Below, in pieces: positions 63,762 through 64,000 of a stretch of 64,000 nt of DNA. The position numbers were made by a program, and so were the translations under genes. Position 1 is the first letter of the stretch. The number at the start of each line of letters is the position of its first letter. The DNA comes from Gemmatimonadales bacterium (lineage in GTDB: Bacteria; Gemmatimonadota; Gemmatimonadetes; Gemmatimonadales; GWC2-71-9), in the NCBI GenBank assembly GCA_011772755.1, contig WVYX01000293.1:58949-122948 (forward strand), in the 5' to 3' direction. Below the pieces are notes generated by a model. That model was not told the DNA's origin and searched no databases. It saw only the letters and a program-made list of their open reading frames with translations.

Positions 63762-64000
63762 AGCTCCACCTTCATTTTTCGTGGTGATTGCCCAACCACC
63801 AGTACGGCGGGGTACCTGGGAAGTTTCAACCCGAGACATCCCGCAGATGCTCGGCCAAACCTAGCCCCGGGCGGGTACGGTTCCAAGGTGCGGAACCCGC
63901 ATCCCAGGGCGGAGTTGCGTCGTCGCTACCGGCCCGCGGCGACGGCTCGCACGGCTACCAGCCGGCGACTGGGAATGGCCAGCTTGGTGAGCCGGCCCCG

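Noticed and set aside
63926-64000. Open minus-strand frame at the right edge ending ...LAIPSRRLVAVRAVAAGR* (possible 3' end of a gene upstream of the efflux operon)
   Set aside because: Only 25 codons are visible, which is not enough to judge coding potential or identity.

Overview
High-GC (roughly 65-70% by eye) bacterial chromosomal segment with about 62 protein genes, one ncRNA, and no rRNA, tRNA, CRISPR, transposase or integrase that I can recognise. The gene content includes PadR with an ADOP-type duplicated FtsX permease, many MacB-like permeases, a Ser/Thr kinase with TPR repeats, several '6-bladed beta-propeller' lipoproteins, mglBA and a bshB1-like deacetylase. This suggests a Gemmatimonadota/Acidobacteriota-like organism, which is inference only. 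Housekeeping blocks are: Sir2 deacylase-pyk; trkA-trkH; SRP RNA-dnaX-ybaB-recR-(hyp)-mglB-mglA-pgsA-cinA-grpE-dnaJ; an opuC-like osmoprotectant ABC transporter with osmC; mnmA with a cysteine desulfurase and bshB1; and a 7-gene TolC/MacA/ATPase/4x FtsX-permease efflux operon. Four things stand out. (1) A tight minus-strand operon (2257-5114) encodes two paralogous Sec-signal six-cysteine mini-proteins with mirror-symmetric Cys spacing, next to a membrane-anchored CPVC thioredoxin-fold protein and a 6-bladed beta-propeller. I cannot assign it to any family I know. (2) Intergenic and intercistronic hairpins recur across the window, and their arms are tandem 7-8 nt repeats (STRR-like). They fall into at least 8 sequence families, include perfect 30-bp and 21-bp inverted repeats and canonical G-quadruplex motifs, and some copies extend into coding termini. 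(3) A ~3.7 kb lower-GC island (about 10.1-13.8 kb) carries a Tat-exported TIM-barrel/Gfo-Idh-MocA pair and is flanked by gene fragments. (4) Two separate conserved non-coding blocks are each present twice. All calls rest on reading the sequence and the ORF translations; no database search was possible.
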